A DNA stretch of 63,546 nt, filler included, from Lenisia limosa (GCA_001655205.1; 12 parts of 12 records of this genome joined end to end with filler, not necessarily neighbours in it); one strand, 5' to 3'; shown: positions 1 through 12,430, counted from the first letter of the whole stretch. Notes: generated from the letters alone by a model not told the origin. Translations and numbers: made by a program.

Positions 1-150
1 TTACCGACACGATGTTCCTAAAACCCTCTTACCGACACGATGTTCCTAAAACCCTCTTACTGACACGATGTTCCTAAAACCCTCTTACCGACACGATGTT
101 CCTAAAACCCTCTTACCGACACGATGTTCCTAAAACCCTCTTACTGACCC
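1..150 (+). repeat. 28-bp minisatellite, 5 full copies plus a partial, no spacers
   Basis: Unit TTACCGACACGATGTTCCTAAAACCCTC at 1, 29, 57, 85, 113 and partial at 141; it runs into an acceptor-like CTTACCGACAG at 159-169. Confidence 0.95.
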
Positions 151-747
151 AAAACCCCCTTACCGACAGGAGGCACCCTTTGGACCCAGTCGCCAATTAC
201 GCCAAAGTCACCCTGGATAAATGAGGCTTCTTCATAAGCACTGCTATAATACTCATAATAAAAGAGATTAAAAATATACTAATTTGCAGTAGCCTTCCAG
301 GTATTTGACTACAATAAACAGTTCGACTTAAAAAGTTTTTGGATGGATATAAACCAAGATAGTAATTTTATTTCCTCCCAAAACATCCATTGAATTTCTT
401 CACATCCCACATCATCCATTGTGTGATTGAAAGCAGCAGCCTGTAAACTGAATGCGTCTATCAAAGTAGCCTAAACATTGGTTATTATTTGAGTAATATG
501 TATCATATATGGTAATATACACACTAATTTTGATACAGCTACCATTTTAAAATAATACAAATTTGGTACGTGACAGAAATCAGAATAGAATTAAACAAAC
601 TCATTGACAAGAGTATGCCAGGCATCATTTTGAACATATGGTGATTCATAACAAATACAATGCTAACCAAAAAAACATATTTTCCTTGGGAAAACAAATA
701 TCAAATTGATCAAGAGACTGTGTTCACTATAACACAAAATAACCAAG

Positions 748-3700
748 CTTACCGAAGGGGCAAGTCCGGGGCATTGAGTCTTGACCCATCTGATAATGTC
801 GTAATTGTTATGTTCGGGCCCGATATCTTCGTAGATCGATATCAAACCATTGGAAGCCGTGACACCAGAGTCGAGAACCGTGAATCCTTTGCCTGGTTTA
901 GTCAATTACTGGAGCCACACAAAAGGGATGCTGATTAAGGTTGCAATTTGGATTGTAAATAGGTTGATATGATAGGTACAGAATAATAGAAACTACTCTC
1001 TTCTTCAATGTAGTGTTTTAATTAGGAAACAGGTTGAAAGCCTCACTTGTTGGTTTTGGTTGCTTCATAATTTGATACGGACATCCACCAAGGGGAGACC
1101 CGGTCATATCCTCAACTCGGACTGTGGCCTAAAATATCACAATGAAACCATCTAAATGATTTAATAAATCCTCGACAATCGATATTTAGGTTGTGTAGCA
1201 ACACCCCAGGGGCAGAAATAATGACATACATTGATCCAAGAGGCCTACCGTATATGGGGTTAGAAGAGTAGTAGGATAAGCCCCGCTGTTGTCAACATCA
1301 AGTTGCAGAAATCTGCGAGTTACATATGAAAAGAAATTGAAACATGGAATCAAGATAATAAGAGTGTGATATGACAACCACCAGCTTACTTGGTCATAAT
1401 GCGAATTGACATGGATGAAAATTTGGCGTTAAAGGGGGTAACAGAAGCTGAAATGTGAAGTTATATGCTATTTTGACCTCAAACTAAGGCTTCACTTCGG
1501 GTAGGGAAAATATCGATAGTTTTCAAAGATTTATCGAGAAATACAGTCTTTTTTCGAACCAAAGTAAAGCCCTAGGAATATATTATTTGGCCTCTGGTCA
1601 TCAATATCTTAATAATATTTACAGCCTACTGTGCATTGGCTCCCTCCGGAAAATCTTTGAGAGTCTCTACAGCGATAAAACAAAACACTTATAACTGTCA
1701 CATGAAACGCTTCAGATATCCAAGTCATTGAATCATACTTCAGATTTCTCAAGAAGGGAGGAAATGATGGCAATTATCTAATTTGGAAGTATTCACATAT
1801 GGCCCAAGCATAGTTATTCCGCCCAATCTCACTGCAAATACTTCGCCGCCATAATTAACCGCAATTGCCAAGTTTCTTTCTGGAGGAAAGACAGGACCGG
1901 ATCTATCAAAATGTCCGATAAGATTGTAGTACTGAAGTAGTGAGAACTGCAATAGGGGATACAAACTAATCAATTAACGGAACAAATACACCCCTGGAAA
2001 CAGAAGCAAATACACCTGGGGAAATATTCCCAAAATTAACCTACATTAATCCCAATACAAACCTCTCCGGTACCCAGCCCGAGTAAGTGCCCAAATTCAT
2101 GAACAATTGTGTTAATCTGAAGAGAATAAGGATAGACGTGTAAGCAGTAGTTGTTATACCATTCACTGTTGAAGTGCTATTTGCAATCACTCCCACCTGT
2201 CTGCTAATGCCATCACCATATTCAGGACCATCATGATCACCAGCCAAGTCCAAGTCGTATACCTGTAATGTAATGTGAGACCTTCTGGTAAGATGAGAGT
2301 GGTAAGATCATTGCTATATTTAATATTAATTTCAAAATGTCCTTCAAAATTCAAAATCAATTTAAGAAATATTTTTTTCAAGTTACATAATGATAACAAT
2401 ATTACAACAAACATCGGAGTTATAGTCTGTGACATTATTGCAGTATAGACTTTGATCTCAACTTCTTGAAGGTATATGATTTTTGATATACTATACACAT
2501 GATAAATGCACACTCCATTTTCCATTAGAATACAAAGGTTAATCCCTCAAACCATAGGCCAATTCATGTTTCCACACCAAATATCATTACCTGAAAAATG
2601 AAGGCAAAAGGCAGTGCGAATATTGAAAAAGAGTATCGAACTATTGCCAAGGTATTTTTAAAATTTCAAGGATACAATAGAACTGATTAGACAAAGCTCC
2701 AAGAAAGGCATAAAAAAAAAAAACAAAGGCAACAGATATTGGCATACCAGGGTAGATGTTGCAGTAGCCGTTTCCACTGTAAGAATAGCCCGAGGTTGAG
2801 TGTGCCAACAAAATACCAAGTCCTATAAAGGTCGGTAGACATGTGAAAGTGTATTTATTATGCTTGTTCAAACTTTGATTGGAAAAAAATAAACCAACAG
2901 AGCACCAAGATTCAACTCCCTTGATTCACTGTACTGCCTTGATCAACAACCAAGCACCAACCGAAATCGGGATAGAGAGTAGTGCAAGATCCTCCCTAAC
3001 GAAAGTTAATGAAATCAAGAAATTGCAAAGAGTGGGCGCATACACAACACCAAAAATTACATACCGATAAATCATGTCCCAAAGTGGTTGCTTCACTCCC
3101 AATTGGGCCACTATTCACCAGTAAATAATTGTCAATGTGCGTGCTTTATCTGCCCACTCTATATTATTGACCCACAGGTGAAAAATATTTTCTTTGCGCT
3201 TACATGTAAAATGGCGTCAACTTGAATGACATCATAGGGATTGTAAGTGAAGGTCACATCAAGCCCACTGGACTTGAAAACGCGTTCTATATAAGGCAAG
3301 TACTTGGCAAGCCTTATTCGGACCTATTTTGTGAGAGTAAGAATGACAAACTCATTAAATAAAACCTGGGGAAACAATGACCTCATGTGGTAGTGTTGTT
3401 TGATTCTAACCTTATACATTTGTCAGGAGGTGATTGTCAATCTGGTATGTATGAAGCTATCTCCTCACCCTACAGTGAATACACATTGAATTATCAACAT
3501 TATTCAAAATTAACAAGCCACCTGCATTAACAAGCTACCTACATTAAAAAGTCCGCCTGAAGCCGTAACGAGGTCGGGCTCTAGTTTAGCCTTGAATGGG
3601 ATATTCCATGATTGGGCCTGATGCGTTAATTCAATGCGAATAAAGAATCATGATTCCACCTCCTCCTGTATTAAGACAGTATGGCTTCCCATGATTCAGA

Positions 3701-4348
3701 TAAAAACCAAAGAAGATATTCTATGGTAGGTGGCAACAAATCTAATACTACTACACATGAGCGAGAACAATGTCTTGTTGAAACAGCGGGATAAACTTAA
3801 AATAACAAACACAGTATTGGATGTACTCAGCTTCTTAATCTTCAAAAAAAATATAAAATTAAGCGACCATGCTGAGGAAAAAGGTCACCGAACAGTTATC
3901 AAGGGTGAGGCTTGGGAAGGGGGAGAAGCAATCTTGATTACTTCCCAGTTCCCAATAAGCAGAGTCGCTGAGAAAGCATTCCACTCGATATTGACCACAC
4001 AGCATAATACAGATACAATTGAAACAACTGTCCTTTCGAAAATCAGTCATTCAATGACGTGTCATAGCAATCACCAATTCAGCCGACAAATACGAAGGGT
4101 GGTTTAAGAAAGGAGAAAGCGGAGGTGCATCGGAAATAAACAAAAAAACAATATATAACGTAAATAAACATCATAATAGAAGGGTAAGCACGAAAAGGGC
4201 ATGGTTGTCTATCCGCCAGTATGACATAATCGAGGCGGGAGAGAAATGAGGAATTGAAGGTAAGGTTAGGGCATATCCCACTCACAATTCCAATTACAGA
4301 CACCAGTAGTAGTAAAACAATTGTGTAGTCCCACGAGAAGAGTCTCAT
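748..4348 (-). CDS. Multi-exon secreted zinc metalloprotease-like protein (HExxH); could be two genes
   Basis: Signal-peptide-like MRLFSWDYTIVLLLLVSVIGI from 4348. Several short GT-AG-bounded open exons (e.g. VRIRLAKYLPYIERVF, VYDLDLAGDHDGPEYGDGISRQ). Exon ~2116-2050 reads INTIVHEFGHLLGLG. Exon chaining done by eye. Confidence 0.55.
1485..1574 (-). mobile_element. hAT-type MITE family A (A1)
   Basis: TAAGGCTTCACTTCGG...CCAAAGTAAAGCCCTA termini with the shared TCGA core; no TSD evident. Confidence 0.85.
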
Positions 4349-5130
4349 CTTATGGAATCAGTAGTGGTCTCCAGAATTACAAGAGCTTTTTGGTATCTAC
4401 TGCCTGTTTTATATTTTATACATGTAATGGAGCGTATTAAAAATAACAACAATTAATCACTAGCCCTCAATTGGCTGAAATTCCACAAATTTTGCCCAAA
4501 GGCTCGGTTAATATTCTAGAATATTCCTCACGGTTACATACAGTAGATATCCATCAAAAGCATCTATTTCCAATAATGTTAAGAGGTTATGAAGGCGATT
4601 ATTTATTTTAAATTATATATTTTTGTTACTACAATTCTAAAACTCCAGTCTAAGAAAAATATGATTTAAAATAGTGGCTTCATGTCCAACTATCCGTCAA
4701 ATCAACTCACTTTTTCCACATGCTGCATTTGTGAACATTTATTATTATTTTTATTAAGTTATTGTTTTTAGAAGGTTATATAGCAGCGGTAGTGCCATAT
4801 TTGTTGTCCGATAGTTGGGGGGCAGCAGGGACATAGGATAGGGACATTCTTTCGACTGATCGCTCATCACCTTCAATCAGGTTGGCCGAAGAAAACATTA
4901 CTGATAGCTTGTCGTATTAGAGTATATGTGGGTATTAATTGATTAATTAATAGAACTGCAAACTTGTTACAAACTATTATCAATTTTGATATATTTCTCT
5001 ATTATGACAATTTTTGGAGAAGACGGAGAGGGGGGGGGGGGGAGGAGTCTGCTTTCCATAGCATTGTTGTTGATGAAAGGGGTGGTTTTTAACGTGATTT
5101 TCAGATTCAGTGCAGTTCTAAGGATTCAAT

Positions 5131-8100
5131 ATGGCTGACAAAAAGGTGTCAAAATGGCAAGGTAGGCACACTCAACCTACATGTTGGAGCTTATCATCAC
5201 TCCCCCACCCACCCAATATGTCATATTAAATCTTATGAATCTCCTATTCCCCCAGAACATACACAATATAATAACAACACGCCATTCCATTGTGCAAAAT
5301 AGAACCCAGACCAAAATCAAGGGGTCAATCGCTTTTATTCATCATATGATTTTTTCAAAACTCAACGATAAAATTTGGTTAATTGACACTTATAATTGCT
5401 TAATTGAGACGAGTTGCTTATTTAACCGTGACAGATTGCTTATTACTTTGACAGAGTGCTTATTTATCCAAGACAGATTGTTTATTTACCCAGACATTTG
5501 CTAATTTACCAGGTACGGAGCCGCACGTGTCGCATCCCGGACTCCGTACGGCAACCCTCCTTTTGGTCTCGACCCTCGCCGTCATGGCTGGCGCTCTGGT
5601 GTCGCCAGCCCTCCCCAAGATAAAAGATCACTTTGAGGATGACGTAGAGGTTGGCGTCGATAAGTTTAGGGTTGACCCTCCCCCCCACTCAATGTACATA
5701 ATACATATATACTAGATGTACACCTCCAGATATTGTATACTACATACTATACCATTCACCCTTTTTTCACCCTTCACCTACAGAACTCAGACTTTCTTGT
5801 CCGACTGATCATCACCCTTCCTTCGCTTGCCATTGCCTTTACTGCGCCTCTGTTCGGGTAGGCTCAGAGATGGAGGTCTGGATAGAGAGGTAGTAGATAT
5901 ATCATAATTAGGGCTATTGTTGTATATACAGTTGTGATATTGTTGTATATACAGTTGGGATATCATAATAACGGGCTGTTGTTGCAAAGGTATCATAAAA
6001 AAGGGATAGGGTTATTGTTGATATAATGAGACATTTTCCATACTCTCTTTGTACTTCGGCTAAATTTGATTTCATCAAGCTTGTTACTCTTGACTATATA
6101 GGCTTCTTTCCGATAAAATAGGAAGACGTCCGGTTCTGTTGTTTTCTGTAGTTCTCTTCGGACTAGGTAGGTATTGGCTCAACGCTCGACTTCGAGATGA
6201 TGTGTCCCTCTCATTTTATCACCCCCACCAACCTTTTCAATCTTGGCATCTATTTCAATTCGATACATCACAATAACGTGTCTGTGATAACTTCGTTTTA
6301 TGTTACTTTTTTATTATCTCGCAGCTGGTGGAATATGCGCGGCCATGACCAATATTTACGCCATTCTGTTCTTCAGGTATTTGGGGTGATATGTGTTTTT
6401 ATGTTGAATGTCTTGAACAGCAAGAGTCAATAGATTTGTCTTATCCATAAACCACCAACATTTTCTCATAATTACAGGCTTTGGCTTGGCGTTGCCTGTG
6501 GAGGCCTCACCCCCACTACTGGTATGGTACGGGCTTCGGCGCATAGGAATGCATTTTTTTAGATTGGGAATCTTGCTGGTATTATATCATATTTCATATA
6601 CTATGTTGCAGTTTACATGTACATGTATATCATCATCATATATTATAGCTACATATACTACGGGCGGTGCTTTCAAGGAATACATGGGAATGGTGCTGAA
6701 ACATACGTATGATATGATATGCTATGTGTATATGTATGAGCATGGAGGGGGGGGGGGCTAATCACAGTTTNNNNNNNNNNNNNNNNNNNNNNNNNNNNNN
6801 NNNNNNNNNNNNNNNNNNNNNNNNNNNNNNNNNNNNNNNNNNNATGTTTGTCTCAGAATTATCATGGCTTTGTACATGCACACATTATACGCATTGCTAT
6901 TTCCAATATTTCCAAAACCTACCAAATTAACTACCATTTGTAAGTAACAATCCAGTGGCTCTCTTAGCTGACTACTTCTACCCGAATCAAAGGGCGCGAG
7001 TAATGGGTGGGTCAAGATAGTGATACCATCTATTTCCTCAGGTACCAGATCCTCTTTTGGGTTTATTCATGTGTTTACGGCAATCAAGTTGATTTTGGAT
7101 TATTTTTGTTTCATACTACTCAACCCCCCACCTCGTGTGTGTTTTTTGAGTTTTAGAGTTTTAGATTATTCAGTTCGTGATTAGTACCTTTATACCAGTA
7201 GTCTTCATCACATTCCTTCGTTTCACCCCCCAGGCCTTCAATCAGCAACAATGTCAAGTGGTGGCTTTGTGTATCTTCTTCTCAGCGGCTTTCTGACCTC
7301 TTTCGGATGGCAGTACCCCTTTCTTATCTACTTTGTTGCCTGGCGTGGGGGGGGGGTGACATTGTCTTTCTTTACGTATGGGTATCTTTTTCGTTTTTGT
7401 TTCTATGAGACTAAAACTGCTTCATTATTTGATTTTTGCTTGGGGTGCGTGGGTATCTCAGTTTTATTTCTTTGGTATCTGTTTGATTTTGTCACCACCA
7501 CCTCTCTCACGAAACCAGTGTTCTTCATTCCCGCCTGCCTGTTCATAAATGAGCCCCCAAGACAGAAGAAACCGCAGCTCATGGCGGTATCCATCCAGGT
7601 CCGTTGGAAGATTGCCTTCATAATACTCGAGTCTGTTGGAAGATATGGTGAAGTGGTGCCTTCATGACAAAAACGTGTTGGCTTTTGATGTACCGGGGAT
7701 TTGGGGATATAAATAGTACATGTATTCTCTTTTTGAATATTGGAATCTTTTATCACGCTTCCTGTTATACTGCAACCCGTTTTACACAGTTTGAGTTCAT
7801 CTCACCACTAGGGCGTCACTTCGGTTTGATAAAATGTCGATAGTTTTCGAGGATATATCGAGAGAAAAAGTCTTTTTTCTCACCACCCTACCCCAGAATC
7901 CGTCAGAAGGTACTGAACCGTGTGATAAGCTTGCTGTTAAGGGCGAGAGCGGGGACGGGAGTGATGTGAGAGAGGTGGAGCTTAGCCCTGTCAGTGATGG
8001 GGAGGAAGATGGCACTGTGGAGGAAGAGAAAGAGGATGAAAAGGAAGAGAAGAAAGAAGATGTAAAGGAAGAGAAAGGAGATGTAAAGGAAGAGAAGAAA

Positions 8101-10750
8101 TATGAAGACGATGAAGATGGAAAGAAGGGTTTGGAAGTGGGCAAGCAAGAAGTGTCTACAACGGCTCCAGTGGAGGACTCTCTTATCGAAACCGAAACGA
8201 GGGAAGAGCCTGTCTCACCTGCACCAGCAATTGGTAAGTTGGGAAACAACGTTTTACCAATAACACTATTGTTCGATCGGTATCTTTTATTGTATTGGAA
8301 TCCTAAGCCTTGAATAAGCATGAGGAATTTTGCTATGTTTCTTAATTTGTAATCGTTTTTTGAATTTGACCTACACCCTTATAGTGGCTCCTGCGCCTAC
8401 CGCATGTCAAACTACTACTCTCTGGGTATGACTTGGGATCTAAATATTCGCTATGTGGGGTGAAGAATCCATATTTTTGTGTCTGAATATACGATATCAA
8501 AGTCCTTCATCACTTTTAACAGAGATATTGAATAGGAATAGTGGAGGATATTCATTACCCAACGTTTTACCTTACTACAGTAGAAAAATTTTGGTAATAG
8601 TATAATATCAGACTTTATTATTCTAATTCTGTGACACATTTACATATTTCTCAGCAACCTGGTAGTTTTTGTTGTGTGTTTACAAAGTAGGCGATCTTTT
8701 TGGTGTATTTCATTGTTTTCTGCTCGCAGACATTGTTCTACTGGTACATTGTTGAGGTAGGCTATCAAGGCTCTTTTGCAATGAAACTGAGTGATTCGGC
8801 TTATGATCATATGATCTGAGTAGGGCTTCACGTCAATTCGAAAAAAGGCTGAATTTCTCGATAAATCCTCGAAAACTATCGATGTTTACCGGTCTTTTTC
8901 GAACCGAAGTGAAGCCCTAGATCTGATGTAAACATTTGGCTTATGACCATATGATCTGATGTTCATATTCTTTCCGAGCTCATATTCGAAGCGTCATGTT
9001 TGTCCTCCTCTCCCATCATCATTTTCCCATTTACTCTCATCATTTACCCTCCAGGTATCCTTCTTTTTAGAGGACCATATTGAGTCTGACAGTTCCGTAA
9101 TGAACGCCATTGCTATCGGTAGGAGGGGGAAATGGAGGAGAAATGATGTTGTTTGTCGTAAAGAGACTCAGGGTTTTTGATTCTAAACTTATCAAATTGT
9201 AACCCCCTAATGTTGTAGCTTTGGTGGCTGTTTCGGGGGTTTCTACGTCACTCCAGGTCAAGAGAATGGTCAAAGTCGTTAGGTATGTTTGGCTAATCGT
9301 TATTTTGAGTAGTAGAATTAATTCTTCCTTGCGGTCCGAAAATACCTGTCAAATGTCTATTGAGGATTTATCGGGAAATTCAGTCTTTTTTTGGGACCGC
9401 AGGGAAGCCCTCAGTGCAGTATTTGGAGTTTGTTAAGATCTTTGGGGCACCATGAATCCTCGTATTTGCGTTTACGTGGAGTCTTAAATCTTAGTTTCTG
9501 ACCCTTTAGACCACACACTGTTCCGATGCTGGCCTTCTTCTTCTTCTCTGTTTCCTACTTGCTGATGTGGCAAGCACAGGCGTATTGGCATGTTGCCTTG
9601 GCTATGCTTCTCTTCGGTAAGATATGGATCGTAAGGTATTGAGAGTATTCGGCAATCGTGATAAAATGTCAGTCTGAAGGTTACTCCTGTTCTTATTTTT
9701 ATATCATATCATATGTGTGTTGTGTGATGATATACTAATACATATGATGTACTAGCTATATGTTATACGTAGGGCTTCCCTATGGTCCCAAAAAAGACTG
9801 AAGTTCTCGATAAATCCTCGATAAATATCGATATTTGACCGTTATTTTTCTGACCTAGGGAAGCCCAAGTTATATGATCTACAATACGCCTTATTTTGTT
9901 CCCTTCAAATGCCTTATCTTTACTTCGATCTCTTAGGGATGGGCCTCGGTATCCAAAGACCGCTTGCATCGATCCTTGTTGCAGCCCACTCTTCACCTAG
10001 TGTTCGCGGACGTTCGATGGGCGGCATGTCAAGTGCCATGTATCTTGCTAGGGTGGGGCAGGTACAAAAAACATGCATTACATTAGTTGCATTTTTTGAC
10101 CCTTAGGGGGAGGGACGGAATTGATGATTGGAGGAAGCTTCCTCTAAATATGACTATTTCTCATATTGAAGTCATTTGCTGCCCCAAAACCCAGTTGCTC
10201 TCTCACTAAGGCTTCACTTCGGTTCGAAAAATATTAGTAAAATATCAATAATTCTCGAGGATTTATCTAGAGATTAAGTCTTTTTTTTTCGAAACGAAGT
10301 GAAGCCAAAACCCTGTTGTGGATATTGTAATGCCCTCACGCCCACCAATACTCATCCCTATTGGAATGTTAAGTATAACATATAGGTTGATTCTTCTTTC
10401 ATATTCGCCAATCACCCCTCCCCCCCAGTTGCAGAAGCTGCTGCTCTGGGCTTTGTTTGTTTTTGTTGTCAACCCTCGTGTATTATCAGCCAACAGAGTT
10501 GATTTTGGGATTATTTTGTTTCATGAATTTTCCAGTTTTACCAGTTTTACNNNNNNNNNNNNNNNNNNNNNNNNNNNNNNNNNNNNNNNNNNNNNNNNNN
10601 NNNNNNNNNNNNNNNNNNNNNNNNNNNNNNNNNNNNNNNNNNNNNNNNNNNNNNNNNNNNNGACGTCCGTTTGGTGTGGAGCGTCGGTTTCGCCCTCGCC
10701 ATTTTCCTGTTTATTGTGGGTTTTTTTGCGGTGCGGATGGCTCTTCTTTT
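5131..10750 (+). CDS. Multi-exon major facilitator superfamily (MFS_1-type) transporter with a long acidic central loop
   Basis: ATG 5131 exon joins in frame (intron 5162-5512) to TATLLLVSTLAVMAGALVSPALPKIKDHF. Later exons read AGGICAAMTNIYAILFFR, GLQSATMSSGGFVYLLLSGFLTSFGWQYPFLIYF and GMGLGIQRPLASILVAAHSSPSVRGRSMGGMSSAMYLA, typical MFS helices. Glu/Lys-rich exon ~7930-8232. 3' end uncertain. Confidence 0.8.
5404..5512 (+). repeat. Imperfect 20-22-nt tandem repeat (5 units) ending exactly at an intron acceptor
   Basis: Units approximate GACAGATTGCTTATTTACCCA; the last unit GACATTTGCTAATTTACCAG carries the CTAAT branch-like motif and the AG used by MFS exon 2. Confidence 0.8.
7040..7130 (+). 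repeat. Repeat B (acceptor-associated), degenerate
   Basis: AAGTTGATTTTGGATTATTTTTGTTTCATA...ACCCCCCA; immediately followed by repeat C. Confidence 0.7.
7131..7233 (+). repeat. Repeat C (acceptor-associated)
   Basis: ...GTTCGTGATTAGTACCTTTA...TTCATC..TTCCTTCGTTTCACCCCCCAG; ends at the AG of the MFS exon GLQSATM. Confidence 0.85.
7809..7878 (-). mobile_element. MITE A1, right terminus missing but perfect 8-bp TSD
   Basis: CTCACCAC at 7801-7808 and 7879-7886; intronic in the MFS gene. Confidence 0.8.
8821..8919 (+). mobile_element. MITE A1, full length
   Basis: TAGGGCTTCAC...GTGAAGCCCTA; TSD GATCTGAG / GATCTGAT (7 of 8). Confidence 0.95.
9319..9412 (-). mobile_element. MITE A2, degenerate
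   Basis: Right end GGGACCGCAGGGAAGCCCT plus core; TSD decayed (5 of 8). Confidence 0.8.
9770..9868 (+). mobile_element. MITE A2, full length
   Basis: TAGGGCTTCCCTATGGTCCC...TAGGGAAGCCCAA; TSD GTTATACG / GTTATATG (7 of 8). Confidence 0.95.
10207..10309 (-). mobile_element. MITE A1
   Basis: TAAGGCTTCACTTCGGTTCGAAAA...CGAAGTGAAGCC termini. Confidence 0.9.
10429..10550 (+). repeat. Repeat B
   Basis: GCAGAAGC..CTGGGCTTTGTTTGTTTTTGTTGTCAACCCTCGTG..CAGCCAACAGAGTTGATTTTGGG..TTTCATGAATTTTCCAGTTTTAC; then a gap, then the last MFS exon. Confidence 0.9.
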
Positions 10751-10810
10751 TGAGGGGGCTCAAATTGTTCCATTTGGCTTGCATAATGATATTGATATCT
10801 GTACTTCAGA

Positions 10811-10907
10811 AAAGGCTTCACTTTGGTTCGAAAAGACCGGTAAAATATAGATAGTTTTCGAGGATTTATCGAAATTCAGTCTTTTTTTGAACCGAAGTGA
10901 AGCCCTA
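10811..10907 (-). mobile_element. MITE A1
   Basis: TIRs and core intact; possible decayed TSD TACTTCAG / TACATCAA. Confidence 0.9.
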
Positions 10908-11039
10908 TACATCAATATGTTATAATCATATTATCATATGATACTACGTACATATCATTGTATACAAAATATACGCTGGTCTACTATGTCTAAATTTCCA
11001 GGGGGCAGCCCTCTTCTCGCTAGTGGCCAAAATCAGGCG

Positions 11040-12240
11040 GAACTCCTCCCCGGTGAAGAATGGTATTTAGAGCGTTTTAAGTGTATTAACGTTATTCATG
11101 GTAGATCGTGGAGGAATAGAGTCTCAAAGTTAAATTTATTTTTATTTTTGAGATTTGGGGGAAGAAATTGAAGTACTCCATCTATTGTTGCGAAAGTGCA
11201 GGAAAATGAATAATGCTTGAAATAAAGTTCCTTGACCAGGTGTTAGGGGTTCCACTGAATTTTTCGATAAATCCTCGATAAATATCGATATTTGACCGGT
11301 CTTTTTCGGACCATGGAAGCCCTAGGTGCAATTACTACAAACATACATAACTACGAGAAAAAGAGAAAACAGCAACACTACTTACATACCGACCACACAC
11401 GAAACATCTACATATCCCACCAGACATCGAGTGTCACACTTGACCCGTACCACTCCTTCGCAGAGCCGTATCGGTATTTTGAATCCTTGTGGAATAATGG
11501 CATGGTCACTGTTTGACGGGCAGCGCTGAGACAGAGCTGGGGGAAAGTGAAAAGGGGGGGACAAGAGAAGGAGTTGAAAGAAGACAAAGAAGACAAAGAA
11601 GACACCCACCTGGTTGACAGGGATGCGGGTGAAGGCCTTCGAGGTTTGCTGCTTTGGAGTCGGGCCCACTGTCTTTAAGTCCACAATGATGCCTCCAACT
11701 GTGGGAGGGTGGGGGAAAAGTGAAACTGGAGAATATATGAAACAAAAAAAAGCCCAAAATCAACTCCGTTGGCTGACAACACAAGAGGGTGGATAACAAC
11801 ANNNNNNNNNNNNNNNNNNNNNNNNNNNNNNNNNNNNNNNNNNNNNNNNNNNNNNNNNNNNNNNNNNNNNNNNNNNNNNNNNNNNNNNNNNNNNNNNNNN
11901 NNNNNNNNNNNNNNNNNNNNNNNNNNNNNNNNNNNNNNNNNNNNGCAATTGTTGCATTTGGGTAACACAAAAGGGCTGATAACGCACCCAGACAAGCATC
12001 CTCATAACGCATGTCATATCATACATACCCCCGCATACGAACGTCAGCCATGAGAGCTTGTTTGGTGTAGGGGGTCTTGAGAGAAGAGGCGAAGATGAGT
12101 TCGTTCTTCGTATCATTCCTTCTGCCATTTGCTGCCAGTTCTTTGGGACTTACGGGGATGGTATTGTTTGATTCTGAGTGGAGTGAGGAATGCCAAGAGA
12201 GTGCTTAACACGCCCATGAGCTGTTTGGGTATTACACAGA
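11040..12240 (-). CDS. Fragment of a multi-exon gene of unknown function
   Basis: GT-AG-bounded open exons such as GGIIVDLKTVGPTPKQQTSKAFTRIPVNQ (from 11698) and LCLSAARQTVTMPLFHKDSKYRYGSAKEWYG; no family recognised. Confidence 0.4.
11244..11324 (+). mobile_element. MITE A2 with internal deletion
   Basis: TAGGGGTTCC...CGGACCATGGAAGCCCTA with core. Confidence 0.85.
11711..11801 (-). repeat. Repeat B
   Basis: Reverse complement of the consensus; its C-rich end runs into the acceptor CCCACAG (AG at 11700-11699). Confidence 0.9.
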
Positions 12241-12242
12241 GA

Positions 12243-12342
12243 NNNNNNNNNNNNNNNNNNNNNNNNNNNNNNNNNNNNNNNNNNNNTTAATTAATTAANN
12301 NNNNNNNNNNNNNNNNNNNNNNNNNNNNNNNNNNNNNNNNNN
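12243..12342. other. Artificial contig-joining spacer (first of 11)
   Basis: 44 N + TTAATTAATTAA + 44 N; the 12-mer starts at 12287, 21318, 25203, 35302, 36499, 38117, 43102, 45592, 58038, 59897 and 61938; it gives stops in all six frames. Confidence 0.97.
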
Positions 12343-12430
12343 AAAAAATGAAAAAGTGCCCACACTCATGTGGGTGCCCACACTCATGTGCCTCCACCTA
12401 TAGCAATGAGAAATAAACATAAAGATACAT

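Noticed and set aside
1-150. CRISPR array (28-bp repeat length fits)
   Set aside because: Units are contiguous with no unique spacers, no cas genes are visible and the context is eukaryotic
2641-2871. cAMP-receptor-like GPCR (GYSYSGNGYCNI)
   Set aside because: No series of seven hydrophobic exons; it lies upstream of an HExxH exon on the same strand
8821-9868. MITE A as an introner forming whole introns
   Set aside because: Its ends do not coincide with predicted GT or AG sites; copies lie inside larger introns in both orientations
12287-12298. TTAATTAATTAA as a biological motif or piggyBac-type TTAA site
   Set aside because: Always centred in exactly 44+44 Ns; it is an assembly linker with stops in six frames
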